64,000 nt of DNA from assembly GCA_943356745.1 (NCBI GenBank), contig CALRFT010000004.1, positions 16,269 through 80,268 of the forward strand, read 5' to 3'. The stretch comes from Parcubacteria group bacterium (lineage in GTDB: Bacteria > Patescibacteriota > Minisyncoccia > Phycocordibacterales > CSBR16-119). Of the stretch, positions 1 to 9,131 are shown in pieces. The position numbers and the translations under genes were made by a program. The notes beneath the pieces were generated by a model. That model saw only the letters and a list, made by a program, of their open reading frames with translations. It was not told the DNA's origin and made no database searches. How positions within the stretch are numbered: the first letter of the stretch is position 1; every line of letters starts with the position of its first letter.

Positions 1-454
1 CCATTTCTTCAGTCTTATTTTTAGGTCCGCCTGGTAAAAATTTACTAATAATACTACTAGAACTATTAATAGGTGCTGTATCATACGGAACCACAACGAA
101 GAAATGTTTTGTCATGATATCGTTTATTTCCATAAAACTTTTGATAAATTCAATATATTCTCTTGTTTGAATTTTCAAAAGTGGCTCTTGTTGTTCTCTC
201 ATTCTTGCTTCCAATTTTGCAATATAAGGACGAATGTTTCTTTTTCGAGACTGAATAACAATTTGAGTTTGAAAATCAATAGTATTAAGGAAATTTTGAA
301 ATTGCATAAGAGTCGCCTGCTGTTCCTCTTCCGACTTAAGCCCAAGGTTAATTGAGGAAGCCATAAGAATAGCTCTCAAAGAATCATCTTTGAGAACGAT
401 GATTCCATCTTTGATTTCTTTAATTGGTACAAAATTTTGTGAATTATTTGACAT
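1..454 (-). CDS. T4SS-associated protein resembling the VirB4/TraC N-terminal region (partial, runs off the window)
   Basis: Manual translation MSNNSQNFVPIKEIKDGIIVLKDDSLRAILMASSINLGLKSEEEQQA...SRKRNIRPYI...KHFFVVVPY; directly downstream of the PrgI-like gene; not in the ORF track. Confidence 0.7.
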   Translation of the reverse strand, partial: MSNNSQNFVPIKEIKDGIIVLKDDSLRAILMASSINLGLKSEEEQQATLMQFQNFLNTIDFQTQIVIQSRKRNIRPYIAKLEARMREQQEPLLKIQTREYIEFIKSFMEINDIMTKHFFVVVPYDTAPINSSSSIISKFLPGGPKNKTEEM

Positions 455-459
455 AGTTT

Positions 460-873
460 TTATTGACCTTTTTCCTTCATATCAAGAATATCAAGACTCC
501 ATGAAAGATCTCCTAGTTTTGACTCTGTAAGTCTTGGAAGCTTACTTTTTATTTCAACAGGCTCTTCTTGTTTTTTAATTTCTTCTTTCTTTTCTGGTAA
601 TTTTTTCCAAATATATAATTTTGATTGGAAAGCGTAGAATATAAAAGCTTGCAATGTAAAAACAAACGGTTTTCCGTTTACCTTATAAAAGGTAAGTGCA
701 ATAGCAAGTACGACGATACCTATAGCGATTGGTAGTGCAATGAAAACGGGTAGAAGTTTATAAAGAGTAAACGCAAGACCCGCACCTCCCGCAAGGTACA
801 TAAATTGTTTAAAGGTAAATGGCCCAATAACCTTATCTTCTATATCAATAAATTGAGGCACAATAAACTGCAT
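460..873 (-). CDS. PrgI-family (VirB3-like) membrane protein
   Basis: MQFIVPQFIDIEDKVIGPFTFKQF motif plus two TM segments; start moved to ATG 873, which has TATACT 6 nt upstream. Confidence 0.85.
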   Translation of the reverse strand: MQFIVPQFIDIEDKVIGPFTFKQFMYLAGGAGLAFTLYKLLPVFIALPIAIGIVVLAIALTFYKVNGKPFVFTLQAFIFYAFQSKLYIWKKLPEKKEEIKKQEEPVEIKSKLPRLTESKLGDLSWSLDILDMKEKGQ

Positions 874-929
874 GCTATAAGTATACCAAGGAAACAAAAA
901 AAATATAAAGAATATCTTCCACATAAAAC

Positions 930-955
930 AAAAAGACTCTTATATGAGTCTTTTT
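930..955. terminator. Bidirectional intrinsic terminator
   Basis: AAAAAGACTC-TTATAT-GAGTCTTTTT. Confidence 0.7.
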
Positions 956-958
956 GTT

Positions 959-1732
959 TTATGTTATAGGTTCCCTATAAGGATCAGTTCCTTGATATAT
1001 AGGTGTTCTTGATTCTGTAATTTTATTTTGTGCTATTTCTGTTTTTGCACTTGGTAAGTCAGCAAGATTTATATCAGAACCAATAATATTTTGCTTTTGA
1101 AATTCTTCTTTTTGAATAACAGGTAATGGTTCTTTTTGCTCAGTATTTTTTAGAATATCCTGAAAACTGACAGTGGTTGTAGGTTTTGGGGTATTTTGTT
1201 TTTTAATACTAAGAGGACTTGAAAGGATTGGTTGATTTGTTGTTTCTTCTACTATTTTTTCTTGACTAGAAACAAATTGAGATTTTTCAGGAATCATCTG
1301 TTCTTCTTCTAAATCAAGAGAGACGCCGTGTTTTCTTAGTTCATCCTCTTCTCGAGAATGAAGACCAGACACAGTCTTATTTTCATTAACATTTTCTAAT
1401 GTTTCTTCTCTTATCCTTGTTTGTTTGAGATGATTTCTTATTGGTTCAAATATCTCTCTATTTATATCAAGAATCATAAGATCCATAATCTGCCTTGTGA
1501 TACTAGCCTCTCTCATTGTTTCTTTCACAAATTCATCACGACCAACAAGTCCAAGTACCGCGAGAGAAAGTTCTGTTTGAAGTACTTCAAGTTGATCAAC
1601 ATGAAGACCATATCTTCGCCCAATATCCAAAATTTTTCGTTCCCAAGAAGAACCATGAATAGCTTCCTGCACATCGTGCGGAAGCGTTTTCATATGTTGG
1701 TCTATAGTATTTTTAAGAGTTAGATCTATCAT
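959..1732 (-). CDS. Hypothetical protein with C-terminal DPYREP motif
   Basis: 257-aa ORF: helical N-domain, low-complexity linker, DPYREPI tail of a kind I recall from Parcubacteria. Confidence 0.75.
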   Translation of the reverse strand: MIDLTLKNTIDQHMKTLPHDVQEAIHGSSWERKILDIGRRYGLHVDQLEVLQTELSLAVLGLVGRDEFVKETMREASITRQIMDLMILDINREIFEPIRNHLKQTRIREETLENVNENKTVSGLHSREEDELRKHGVSLDLEEEQMIPEKSQFVSSQEKIVEETTNQPILSSPLSIKKQNTPKPTTTVSFQDILKNTEQKEPLPVIQKEEFQKQNIIGSDINLADLPSAKTEIAQNKITESRTPIYQGTDPYREPIT

Positions 1733-1754
1733 GCTAATGATTAAACTATATTAT

Positions 1755-4151
1755 TTACTTTTTATCTTTATTTTTTTCATCTGCTTCATTCTTTTTATCC
1801 TGCTGATAGGCAAGATCCTCAACAGCATCTGAAGCCTCCCCAGCCCGTCTTCTAGGATCAAAAGAATCTATACTATCTGAATAATTGCGATAATGTTCTG
1901 ATTTCTGTTTCCCTAATACAGACTGAGCTTCTTTATACATACGTTCTTCATCTTTCCACAAAGCTTCAATATTTTTAACTTCTTCATCTTTATCTTCTTT
2001 ATCTTTTTTTATTTTTTCATATTCTTTGGAAATCGTATCGTAATCGCTCTTTGTTATTTTTCCATCAGTGAGTCTTTGTTTTGCATTTTTGTATTCTTTT
2101 TCCTTTTCTTCAAGATCCTTTTTATATTTTTCTTGTGCTTTCTTTTTAGTGCTGTAATCATGCACTGGATCATTTTGAACAGCATATCTCTTTCGTTCAA
2201 ATTCTCTTTTTGTTTCAGAAACAGAAGTTGAAACATCTTTACCAGTTTTATCTTTTACTATTACAGATGTTCCTTCATCAGGTGCAAGCTCTTTAGCTTT
2301 CTTGATTTTATCATCAATAAAAGCCTGTCTTCTTGTTTGGATTCCACCCTTTGTTGTGCCTTTGCCAAAATCAAGACTTTTTACATTTCCGTCTGTTGCA
2401 TAAGAAACGGCAGTATTTGTAAGTGTTCCAATCGGCTTAGGAATTTTCATATTTCGAGCATCGAATGATGATGTTGAAAGATACTTACCACTTCTCTTTG
2501 CAAATCTACCAGCGGCAGTTTTTGTACTTGCGTTATTTGCCATTGCCATTCCAGCCCTTCCTAAAGTTTGTCTACCAAGAAAAGCTGCACCCCCAAGCGC
2601 AAACCCAGCAGTGCCAAGAGCTGCGACACTTGCATATTTCAAACCTTTACCAACAAAATCACCGAACTCACCCGCAGCACTTTTTGCTGTATCTTTTGCT
2701 GTTTTTAGAAGAAACAAAACTGCTCCAAGTGGTATAAGAACAGCCATAATAAGATGAATAGTAGACGAGCTTTCTTCGTTTACAGTAAGATTAAAAATCG
2801 TTGTAAAACCAACATTTATGAACATGATTGTGAGATACAAGAAAAACATAAACACCACAACCATAAAAGAAAGCCTTAAAGTTCTACTAATCCAATCAGA
2901 GAAACCATATTTAGGTATTTTAAGAAATGGAATACTTACTGAAGCAAAAGCAAGTGGAGACATTATCATCATAATCCAAAGCCCTAAAGTTCTTCCGATA
3001 AGAAAGATAGACACGCTAATAAATATCCAAACAAGCGCGAGATTAACAGCAGAAGCCATAATGATAATAAATATCAAAAAACCAGCTCCAACTTCAAATC
3101 CTTGACCAGCACTACTATCTCCAACTCCTTGAAGTGTTCCGAGTGTGTTTTGTTGGGTTGCTGCATCTGTTGCAGTTGCTCGGTATTTTTTGGTAAACAT
3201 TTGTTCTGTAAGTAATTTTTGAGGGTTTACAATAGCAACAAGACCTGCAGAAAGAGTTTTATATTGAGTTATATTTGCCTGATCATCATTTTCAATAATA
3301 ATTTTTTCATAAAATACTCTTCCAAGAATATTTCCAGCGTCAATAATTATACGAGTAGCAAAAAGACTGAAATTTATAACAATAGCAATAAGTATTATTC
3401 TTGTTACAGTTCTCGCCATGTCAGCTTTTTGAGCATTAATAATGTATCGGATCGCAACATATAGAAGAATAAAGATAAAAGAAACATTTACTAAGTCTCT
3501 TAAAATTCTCCAACCTTGTTCAACAAATCCTCCCGAATCATAAGATTCTGAGTTAAGAGTGAAAGCAATAAAATAATCAAAAATTTGCCCAGCCGTCGCA
3601 GCAAGCCAAGAAGTTGGGTATAGAAGAATATAATAGAAAAGTCTAACAAAACAACCTTCTATTGTTCCAGCTGAATCAGGTAGTATTCCACAAGCGGGAA
3701 GCGGTGAATCAGCAGACTGAAAGCCTCCCCCCGTTTGGGTAAGTGTTTGATTTGTTCCATTTCCTACATTAGGGCTAGGATTAGTTCCTGTTTGATTACT
3801 AGAATCGGCTTGTTCACCATCAACAGAGACAATACTTGTTTGTGGAGGTATATTAAAAGGGTGACTTCCGTTTACCAATACAATAGAACCAGGCGGAAAC
3901 AAAACTGGTTGGTAAGGAGCTTCTGAATACCACAAACCATTCGATGTTTGACCGTTACTGGGATTTTGGGAAGTGGCTCCTGAATTTACAACGTGATTAT
4001 GGTTTGTTGCAGTAAATTCTCCTTGCACATGAGCATAAGAGACTCGAAAAGAAAGTAAAGAAAAAACCAACCCTACAACAAGAGGTGAGAATATTAGTAA
4101 AAATTTCTTGAGCTTTATACACATACTCTTTAAATATAAATAGTATATCAT
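1755..4151 (-). CDS. VirB6/TrbL-like polytopic membrane protein
   Basis: GWRILRDLVN...AIVINFSLFATRIIIDAGN and LIGRTLGLWIMMIMSPLAF segments; multiple TMs; coiled-coil tail. Confidence 0.75.
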   Translation of the reverse strand: MIYYLYLKSMCIKLKKFLLIFSPLVVGLVFSLLSFRVSYAHVQGEFTATNHNHVVNSGATSQNPSNGQTSNGLWYSEAPYQPVLFPPGSIVLVNGSHPFNIPPQTSIVSVDGEQADSSNQTGTNPSPNVGNGTNQTLTQTGGGFQSADSPLPACGILPDSAGTIEGCFVRLFYYILLYPTSWLAATAGQIFDYFIAFTLNSESYDSGGFVEQGWRILRDLVNVSFIFILLYVAIRYIINAQKADMARTVTRIILIAIVINFSLFATRIIIDAGNILGRVFYEKIIIENDDQANITQYKTLSAGLVAIVNPQKLLTEQMFTKKYRATATDAATQQNTLGTLQGVGDSSAGQGFEVGAGFLIFIIIMASAVNLALVWIFISVSIFLIGRTLGLWIMMIMSPLAFASVSIPFLKIPKYGFSDWISRTLRLSFMVVVFMFFLYLTIMFINVGFTTIFNLTVNEESSSTIHLIMAVLIPLGAVLFLLKTAKDTAKSAAGEFGDFVGKGLKYASVAALGTAGFALGGAAFLGRQTLGRAGMAMANNASTKTAAGRFAKRSGKYLSTSSFDARNMKIPKPIGTLTNTAVSYATDGNVKSLDFGKGTTKGGIQTRRQAFIDDKIKKAKELAPDEGTSVIVKDKTGKDVSTSVSETKREFERKRYAVQNDPVHDYSTKKKAQEKYKKDLEEKEKEYKNAKQRLTDGKITKSDYDTISKEYEKIKKDKEDKDEEVKNIEALWKDEERMYKEAQSVLGKQKSEHYRNYSDSIDSFDPRRRAGEASDAVEDLAYQQDKKNEADEKNKDKK

Positions 4152-4212
4152 TTATTTTTTATTTTTTTTGTGCAAAACAAAACAAAAAAACCACACAAGG
4201 TGGTTTTTTGTT

Positions 4213-7023
4213 TTAATAAAAGTTTTGTCCAATATTAATAAATCTGTCCTCAAAAAACTTAACAGTATTTGATTCATTAACACCATTTCCAATATCATCT
4301 GCCGGTATCATTGGTAATGTTAAGTGTGTAGCACTTTGTTGATTGTCATGCTCTATTCCAATATCTTCAAGAAATGTTTCTGTTGTCGGGAGAGAAAGTA
4401 GCCCAGGAATATCATTTGAAAGTGGAAAAGGATATGGTCGCCTTTCTTCGAAACCGTTAAAGTTTGGTTGATTTACTTGCTGTATACAAGAATATGTCAA
4501 ACCAATCAAACTATTTTGATCCGAAGGATTACCAATTTTCTCCAGAGCTTCTCCTGTTTCAAATATAACAGCATCGAGTTGAGATTCAAATACTGTATTA
4601 GGTAACAATTGAACTAACTCTTGGAGAATTGGTTGATATCCAGGATAAGTACTCGGTGGAACTACTGGTTGTCCAACCTCGGCAGTAAGCGCAATCACTG
4701 CATTATGATATGGCGTATTTTCTTCATTAGAAGATATATATGTTACAGCAGCATCTGAAAACGCTTGAAATGTTTGAAGATTATCTTGTAGTGTTTGAAT
4801 CCCTTGTTGATTCACAGCAGTTTGTAACCACTCAACAATATAATCTCTTTCTATATCTGCATATTCTTCTCGAAGCTCGATCAGGTTATTAAGATTTTGT
4901 TGAACAACAGTTAGACTATTTTCGTAGGCGATAATTGACTGATTAATAGTTCCAAGATCAAAGAAATATTCATATGCAAGTCCTCTAACATTACCCGAAA
5001 AGTCATTAGCTAAAATAAATCTTTGATTTATAAAAGAAGCATAATCTGAAAATAAATCAAATAACATAGGCAAAGTTTGTGAATCTCGACTAATAATATT
5101 ACCTCCTAAATTTCCTGATAGACCAGTGAAGTAGAATATTAGACTTTCATATATATCATGAAGATAATCTTCTATAACATCTGGATTATTTGTTGACAAG
5201 AAAGTCCCTATGACAGCGAGTCCGGGTAGAAATAAAGCAGGAGTAATTTGAATCCATGAACTTTGTGCATAACTTTCATATGCAGGCAACGCAAGAAATG
5301 CTTCACTTAAAGATTCAGAAGAAACTGATTGCCATGAAGGATTTGGTCCAGGAATGCAGTAATCAAGATCCAAGGTTCTTTGAAAAACTTCAGTTTGAAG
5401 TGCTATTAATGATTGAACATCTTCTATATATTGTTCCTGTATCGGTATGAGACCAGAAAAGTCCTCCTCACCACTACCTAAACTTCCGTTAATTGCCTCA
5501 ATAAAAGAAACGGTATCTGGTTGTTGTCCTGGATTCTCACCATTCACCTGTTGTAAGACAACATTATTTGGATTGTCTTCAGTAAACGCAGCAACACCTT
5601 CATTAACAAGTTGTAGTAGGAGAGCATCAAATATTAATCCAAGATTTTCATTAAATTCATCAACAAGTAAAAGTTGTTCTTGTGGATTTGCTATTGCACG
5701 AGTCAAACTATCTGCAATTTGATTACCTGGAGTAACAGTCCTCCAGTTAAGACAATTACTTCTTTGGCGGTAATCTTCAGCTATTTCTAGAACAAGTGGT
5801 ATATCATCGATACACTCTCCATTTGAATCTTCTTCTCCATCACCATCTGTATCAAATGGCACGTCGCACGAAGTAAGAAACATGTAAGTGTCGGTTGGAA
5901 TTTGGTTGATGTTTGTTATTGTTCCAACGTTTGTTGGTATATGCCGGATATGATTTCTAGGAATATACTCGCCGCCATTTTGAGTTTGTGTACAAACCTT
6001 TTGTGACAAAAATCCTGAACCTTCTTGTAGCTCAGCTTGAATATTAATTGCTTGTGAACTAAAGGTTCCTTGAAGATTCCTCTGCAAATTAGCACTTGAT
6101 TCAATATATGAACCGAAAATATTATTATTTGGTTCCAGAAATGCGGTATAACCGGCCCAGCCACCAATTGAAAAATTTTGCTCCCACTCCACACGTGTGC
6201 CGTGAGCCAAGACAGTATTAAGAGAATTGATCATATTTTGTTCAAAAGTTCTCTGGAAAGAGGTAAGAACTGTTCGAACAAGTGTTTCACCAAAAGGATA
6301 CAGATTTGAATCAGCAGAAAATGTTGCAGAAAAACCAAGAATTTCTTCTATCGCTATAATTGACATGAATTTTTCTCTCTCTTCTAGATAAAGAGCCCCT
6401 CCTTCAAAACCAGAGTTTATCCAGTTTAATGTTGCCAGTGTCATTTTATCCATCACAGTAATTGCTGCCCATTGTGCAATCCGATCAAGACATTCTTCTT
6501 TTATAACCTGTTTTTTAGTTGCCTCATCAATATTTTCTGCCTGTTTCGAATCTTCAACTACTTCAACAGGAACTCCTTGGCCCGCCAAGCCTCCAACAAC
6601 AGGGACTGATGATATCGCACCTTCCAAAGCTTCCTGAGGAGCATCTTGTGCATTTTCAATAAGATTATTTACTGTTCCGCCAATAGCATCTCCAGCAACC
6701 CCTCCAGCAAAAGTTCCAAGCGCTGTTCCAATTTGCTGACCAGTTTCTCCACCAATCGACTGCCCAACAGCACCTCCAGCTGCACCTCCAGCTGCAGAAC
6801 CCACCGCTTGACCGAACGGTGAGTTTCCTCCAAGGTTAGTTGAAACACATTGAAGTGCAACCGCTCCTATTCCTTGGATATTAAGAGAGCTTGTAATACT
6901 TCCACTTCCACCAGCCCCTACCCCTTGAGCTTGAACACTACTATAAGAAAAAGAGAAACAAAGAGAAAACACCACAAAAATAGTAGTTATATTTTTTATG
7001 ATATTGTTAATTTTTGTAAACAT
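4213..7023 (-). CDS. Large secreted hypothetical protein with glycine-zipper segment
   Basis: 936 aa; signal peptide (..VQAQ); GxxxG repeats; in the T4SS-like cluster. Confidence 0.75.
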   Translation of the reverse strand: MFTKINNIIKNITTIFVVFSLCFSFSYSSVQAQGVGAGGSGSITSSLNIQGIGAVALQCVSTNLGGNSPFGQAVGSAAGGAAGGAVGQSIGGETGQQIGTALGTFAGGVAGDAIGGTVNNLIENAQDAPQEALEGAISSVPVVGGLAGQGVPVEVVEDSKQAENIDEATKKQVIKEECLDRIAQWAAITVMDKMTLATLNWINSGFEGGALYLEEREKFMSIIAIEEILGFSATFSADSNLYPFGETLVRTVLTSFQRTFEQNMINSLNTVLAHGTRVEWEQNFSIGGWAGYTAFLEPNNNIFGSYIESSANLQRNLQGTFSSQAINIQAELQEGSGFLSQKVCTQTQNGGEYIPRNHIRHIPTNVGTITNINQIPTDTYMFLTSCDVPFDTDGDGEEDSNGECIDDIPLVLEIAEDYRQRSNCLNWRTVTPGNQIADSLTRAIANPQEQLLLVDEFNENLGLIFDALLLQLVNEGVAAFTEDNPNNVVLQQVNGENPGQQPDTVSFIEAINGSLGSGEEDFSGLIPIQEQYIEDVQSLIALQTEVFQRTLDLDYCIPGPNPSWQSVSSESLSEAFLALPAYESYAQSSWIQITPALFLPGLAVIGTFLSTNNPDVIEDYLHDIYESLIFYFTGLSGNLGGNIISRDSQTLPMLFDLFSDYASFINQRFILANDFSGNVRGLAYEYFFDLGTINQSIIAYENSLTVVQQNLNNLIELREEYADIERDYIVEWLQTAVNQQGIQTLQDNLQTFQAFSDAAVTYISSNEENTPYHNAVIALTAEVGQPVVPPSTYPGYQPILQELVQLLPNTVFESQLDAVIFETGEALEKIGNPSDQNSLIGLTYSCIQQVNQPNFNGFEERRPYPFPLSNDIPGLLSLPTTETFLEDIGIEHDNQQSATHLTLPMIPADDIGNGVNESNTVKFFEDRFINIGQNFY

Positions 7024-7028
7024 AATGT

Positions 7029-7928
7029 TTATCTTACAACATTGTTTCTTTGTAAATATTTTCTTATTTCAAGAGAAGATGTATTTAATTTTTCATCTGC
7101 AAGTTTATATTCTTCGACACCTCTCGATGCAATAATAGGATCTTCAAAATATTGCCCCATAGAAATTAAAGCCACGGCTTTTTGTGAAAGTGCATTTATA
7201 TATTCAAGATGAGATTGTGCAATTTGACTTGGAACTTGAACATCCTTAACTTTTTCACCTGCTTGAATATATCCATCAATAATTGGACCTAATTGTTTCA
7301 AAAGCTTTTTGTCTTTTGTTGCAATAGAATGCTCAATAATGAGCAGCTCATTTGAAGGTAGTGTGTCAAGATATACAAGAGCTTGTGACATTTCATTATA
7401 GTACGATTGAGGTGTTGCTTGCGTGCTAATTACAATGTCTCCAAGATCATAAATATTTATAAGTTCTGGATTAATTGAACCCACCACACTTTGTGCAATT
7501 GCTACAATTTGCTCCTGACTCAAATTTCCTCCAGAAGCCTTGTGAATATTCGTTGCAATTATTAACACCTGTCGAGCAATTTTTTCAGTTTCGCTTTCTG
7601 GAATATTTTCAACCTCAACATAATTTTCTAAATTTTTCAAATCTTTTCTTTTTGATTCAACCTCTTGACCATCAAGTAAGCCGTCTCCGTCTGTGTCTGG
7701 ATTCTCTTTATCCATCCCCCATAAAGCCTCTTCCCAATCTCTTAAGCCGTCTCCGTCTGTGTCTGTTTCAAGTATAATTTCTCGAGTTGCAATATTTTGA
7801 ATATTTTGACGAGCTTGATTTTTAGAACCAAAAAACCTTAGAGCAGTAAAAATAACAACACCGACAAGGCATGCGACCCCTATAAAAATAGAGAATTTTT
7901 TACTTGGTAAATATTGTTTAATACTCAT
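7029..7928 (-). CDS. Membrane-anchored protein with DxDGDG Ca-binding (thrombospondin type 3-like) repeats
   Basis: N-terminal TM; DTDGDGLRDWEE and DTDGDGLLDGQE. Confidence 0.75.
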   Translation of the reverse strand: MSIKQYLPSKKFSIFIGVACLVGVVIFTALRFFGSKNQARQNIQNIATREIILETDTDGDGLRDWEEALWGMDKENPDTDGDGLLDGQEVESKRKDLKNLENYVEVENIPESETEKIARQVLIIATNIHKASGGNLSQEQIVAIAQSVVGSINPELINIYDLGDIVISTQATPQSYYNEMSQALVYLDTLPSNELLIIEHSIATKDKKLLKQLGPIIDGYIQAGEKVKDVQVPSQIAQSHLEYINALSQKAVALISMGQYFEDPIIASRGVEEYKLADEKLNTSSLEIRKYLQRNNVVR

Positions 7929-7943
7929 ACTTATTTTATACAA

Positions 7944-8300
7944 CTAAAGACCTGCTGAGGTTCCGTAAAAATCTGTAACAGTGGTTGGAAATGGAACAGG
8001 TGGGGTCGTTGTAGTAACGCAGGCACCTGGAATCGTAGACATCATTCCAAGAATCCAAGCATTTGGTGTTATAACTCCGATATTAACTCTACCTGGAAGA
8101 GTTGACCAAGGGCCAGGCAAAGAACTTGTGTTTATAGGAGAAATATTAAAGGGACTTGCGATAGAAATACCACACTGAACATTAGGCGGGGTTTTTATTG
8201 TTACTATTTTTCCACCAAATGGAGTCATTGCAAATAAAAGAAAAGGAGTTGAAAATGTAAGTAACCAAAGCACTAATAAAATAAACACTTTTTTTTTCAT
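7944..8300 (-). CDS. Small secreted hypothetical protein
   Basis: Signal peptide, PFGGKI motif, two Cys; TACAAT just upstream of the ATG. Confidence 0.65.
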   Translation of the reverse strand: MKKKVFILLVLWLLTFSTPFLLFAMTPFGGKIVTIKTPPNVQCGISIASPFNISPINTSSLPGPWSTLPGRVNIGVITPNAWILGMMSTIPGACVTTTTPPVPFPTTVTDFYGTSAGL

Positions 8301-8324
8301 ACATTTGAATTGTAGCACATTATT

Positions 8325-9080
8325 TTAACGCAATTTTTTTGTGAGTAGTGCAAATGTCTCAAGAGGTAAATCTTCTGCTCTTGTTTTTGGATCAATCGAA
8401 AGCTGTTTCAAAACATCTTCTGTATTTTGAAATTCATTTTTAAGATTGTTGTGTATATTTTTTCTTTTAAATTGGAAAGATTTTTTAACCACTCTAAAAA
8501 AATCCTGTTCTGAAAAATCAGAAAAGAAATTCTTTGAAATATCTGCAATGTGAAGTATTGCAGAATCAACCTTTGGAACTGGACTGAAATACTGCTTTGA
8601 AACCTTCATTACAAAACTTGGTTTTCCGTAGGCTTTTACAGAAAGAGACAAAATACTTTCCTTTCCATCACGAGCAACCACGCGCTCAGCAACCTCTTTT
8701 TGAACCAAAAGAGTCATTGAAGATGGTTGTTTTTCCAGACTTAAAAACATCTCCAAAATAGCACCAGTTATGTAGTATGGGATATTTGCAATAACTTTAT
8801 AATGATTAAGGTTTTTAGGATCAAAATCTAAAATGTCTTGTTCTAGCAAAGAAAAATTATCTCTTGTTCCAAATTTTTCTTGAAGGAGTGGTATAAGATC
8901 AGAATCTTTTTCATAAGCAATCACTTGTTTTGCTTTTTCAAGAAGAACTTCTGTAAGAGCACCTTTACCGGGACCAACTTCAATAACGACATCTTCACTT
9001 GATAGTTTTGATGCTTCCGTCATGGTATATATAGCTTTTTTTGACTTTAAGAAGTTTTGTCCAAGAGATTTTTTTGGCAT
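8325..9080 (-). CDS. rsmA: 16S rRNA m6,2A1518/1519 dimethyltransferase
   Basis: KKSLGQNFL, EVGPGKG, ANIPYYIT, PVPKVDS motifs. Confidence 0.97.
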   Translation of the reverse strand: MPKKSLGQNFLKSKKAIYTMTEASKLSSEDVVIEVGPGKGALTEVLLEKAKQVIAYEKDSDLIPLLQEKFGTRDNFSLLEQDILDFDPKNLNHYKVIANIPYYITGAILEMFLSLEKQPSSMTLLVQKEVAERVVARDGKESILSLSVKAYGKPSFVMKVSKQYFSPVPKVDSAILHIADISKNFFSDFSEQDFFRVVKKSFQFKRKNIHNNLKNEFQNTEDVLKQLSIDPKTRAEDLPLETFALLTKKLR

Positions 9081-9131
9081 ATATTATAGAGTATCATAAA
9101 AATAACACTTTCAAAGAAAGTGTTATTTTTG

